58,164 nucleotides of DNA. Origin: Myxococcota bacterium (GTDB taxonomy: Bacteria; Myxococcota_C; UBA6777). The notes below the pieces were generated by a model. It was given only the letters and a program-made list of their open reading frames with translations. It searched no databases and was not told where the DNA came from. A program made the translations under genes and the position numbers. Shown here in pieces: positions 56,881 through 58,164 of the stretch; the stretch's first letter is position 1, and each line of letters opens with the position of its first letter. The stretch covers positions 1-58,164 of the forward strand of contig JAKLKB010000028.1 in the NCBI GenBank assembly GCA_023150835.1, written 5' to 3'.

Positions 56881-57208
56881 GGCGTTAGGTTAAGCGCTTG
56901 TTGGCCCCCCCACCCCAGCCCTCCCCCGTGAACAGGGGAGGGAGCGAAAGTCGGAAGCAGCGGGGATTTTGTTTTTTCATGACACACGCTGTATGCAACG
57001 GGGGGATTGAGGGGGGGCGACAAAAGAAACGGCGATCAGGCTAGACTATCCGGTGTTTCCACCTTAACAAGGCGCGTATGGGGGCTGCCCCTACATAGGT
57101 CGATCACACCGTGTGCGGGTTTCGTACCACACCTACGCCGCTTGCTTTGGCCCGAACACGGGGTTTTTTGCCTATGGCATCACTCCAGTCCACACAGGAA
57201 ACAACACC

Positions 57209-57970
57209 ATGCCCCAAGGTTGGTTCTATTTTTCCACGCTGATCTTTGTCTTCGCTTTGTGTCCGCTTGTGATCCTCTCGACGCTGTTTGTGACGGCTCC
57301 TTACGGTCGCTATGTCCGCCAAGGATGGGGCCCCCAAATCGATACACGCTGGCTTTGGGTTCTCATGGAATCCCCCGCCGTCTTTGGCTTTGCGCTGTTT
57401 TATTTTCTTGGGCCGCGTGCTTTTTCTCCCATGCCACTGATCTTGCTTGCGATCTGGCAGTCCCATTATATCCACCGCACCTTGATCTACCCTTGGCAGA
57501 TGCGCGCAAGCCACAGCCAAACCCCCCTTGTGATCGCCTTGATGGCGATCGTCTTTAATCTCGCCAACGCCTACCTCAACGCCTCTCACCTTTCCAGCCC
57601 CGAAGCCCACTACACGCTGTCGTGGCTCACCGATCCGCGTTTCCTCGTTGGGATCGTGCTTTTCGTCATCGGATACGCGATCAACCGCCAGTCTGACGCC
57701 ATCCTCCGCGCTTTGCGCAAACCCGGCGAAACAGGCTACAAGATCCCCTATGGGGGCTTGTATGCGTGGATCTCTTGCCCCAACTACTTTGGCGAGTGTC
57801 TGCTTTGGGCTGGATGGGCGATCGCCACATGGTCGCTTGCGGGCCTCTCTTTCTTTTTGTTTACCGCCGCCAACTTGCTCCCTCGTGCGATCGCAAATCA
57901 TCGGTGGTACCACGAAAAGTTCTCGGATTATCCAAAACAACGCAAAGCTGTCATCCCTTTCATTCTTTGA
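57209..57970 (+). CDS. 3-oxo-5-alpha-steroid 4-dehydrogenase (steroid 5-alpha-reductase) family membrane protein
   Basis: APYGRY, WVLMESP, HYIHR, LRKPGETGYKIPYGG, SCPNYFGE, NLLPRA..HRWY..F.DYP..RKAVIPF. Confidence 0.92.
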   Translation: MPQGWFYFSTLIFVFALCPLVILSTLFVTAPYGRYVRQGWGPQIDTRWLWVLMESPAVFGFALFYFLGPRAFSPMPLILLAIWQSHYIHRTLIYPWQMRASHSQTPLVIALMAIVFNLANAYLNASHLSSPEAHYTLSWLTDPRFLVGIVLFVIGYAINRQSDAILRALRKPGETGYKIPYGGLYAWISCPNYFGECLLWAGWAIATWSLAGLSFFLFTAANLLPRAIANHRWYHEKFSDYPKQRKAVIPFIL

Positions 57971-57996
57971 ACCATCTCTTTCATTCTTAGAGCTTA

Positions 57997-58164
57997 TACG
58001 AAATCCGCTCGTTGTGTGATCGTAAAGACGTAGGGGCAGCCCCCTGTGGCTGCCCAAGAATACGTAGGGGCAGCCCCCTGTGGCTGCCCAAGAATACGTA
58101 GGGGCAGCCCCCTGTGGCTGCCCAAGAATACGTAGGGGCAGCCCCCTGTGGCTGCCCAAGAATA
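57997..58164 (+). repeat. Family A element end followed by a 34-bp tandem REP array (4 copies, truncated by the window end)
   Basis: TACGAAATCCG at 57997; GTAGGGGCAGCCCCCTGTGGCTGCCCAAGAATAC at 58030, 58064, 58098, 58132. Confidence 0.9.

Noticed and set aside
58030-58164. CRISPR array at the window end
   Set aside because: Sequences between the hairpins are identical (AAGAATAC); this is a tandem REP array.

Overview
A 58-kb GC-rich bacterial chromosomal segment, probably Myxococcota (MYXO-CTERM-like sorting tail, several Ser/Thr kinases, Cys-rich lipoproteins). Most of it is housekeeping or accessory metabolism: S46 and S8 peptidases, thrB, thrA-like AK/HSDH, a beta-oxidation pair, FKBP, an NtrC-type regulator, a PuuD-like/ALDH/ADH cluster, Nfu, hmgA-hppD and a steroid 5-alpha-reductase-like gene. 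The best candidate for an undescribed system is a three-gene RiPP-like cluster on the minus strand (17873-20782). It has a 274-aa protein with seven PIMKxRADxP(L/M)P repeats, an ATP-grasp ligase resembling graspetide synthetases, and a 2OG-Fe(II) oxygenase. The invariant motif has Lys and Asp but no Ser/Thr, unlike the ester-forming graspetide cores I know. Other notable items: an intact non-autonomous IscB/omega-RNA element that appears to have inserted exactly between the Shine-Dalgarno and ATG of a TerB-like gene (implying an ATGA TAM); an in-frame fusion of UDP-glucose pyrophosphorylase with an NTAQ1/WDYHV-type N-terminal glutamine amidase; a degenerate hybrid kinase that keeps its Hpt His; an internally deleted HicB-like ORF; two dispersed intergenic repeat families; and several VNTRs. 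No rRNA, tRNA or CRISPR array was recognised. All calls come from motif recognition by eye, with no database searches; start codons were adjusted using RBS and homology cues.
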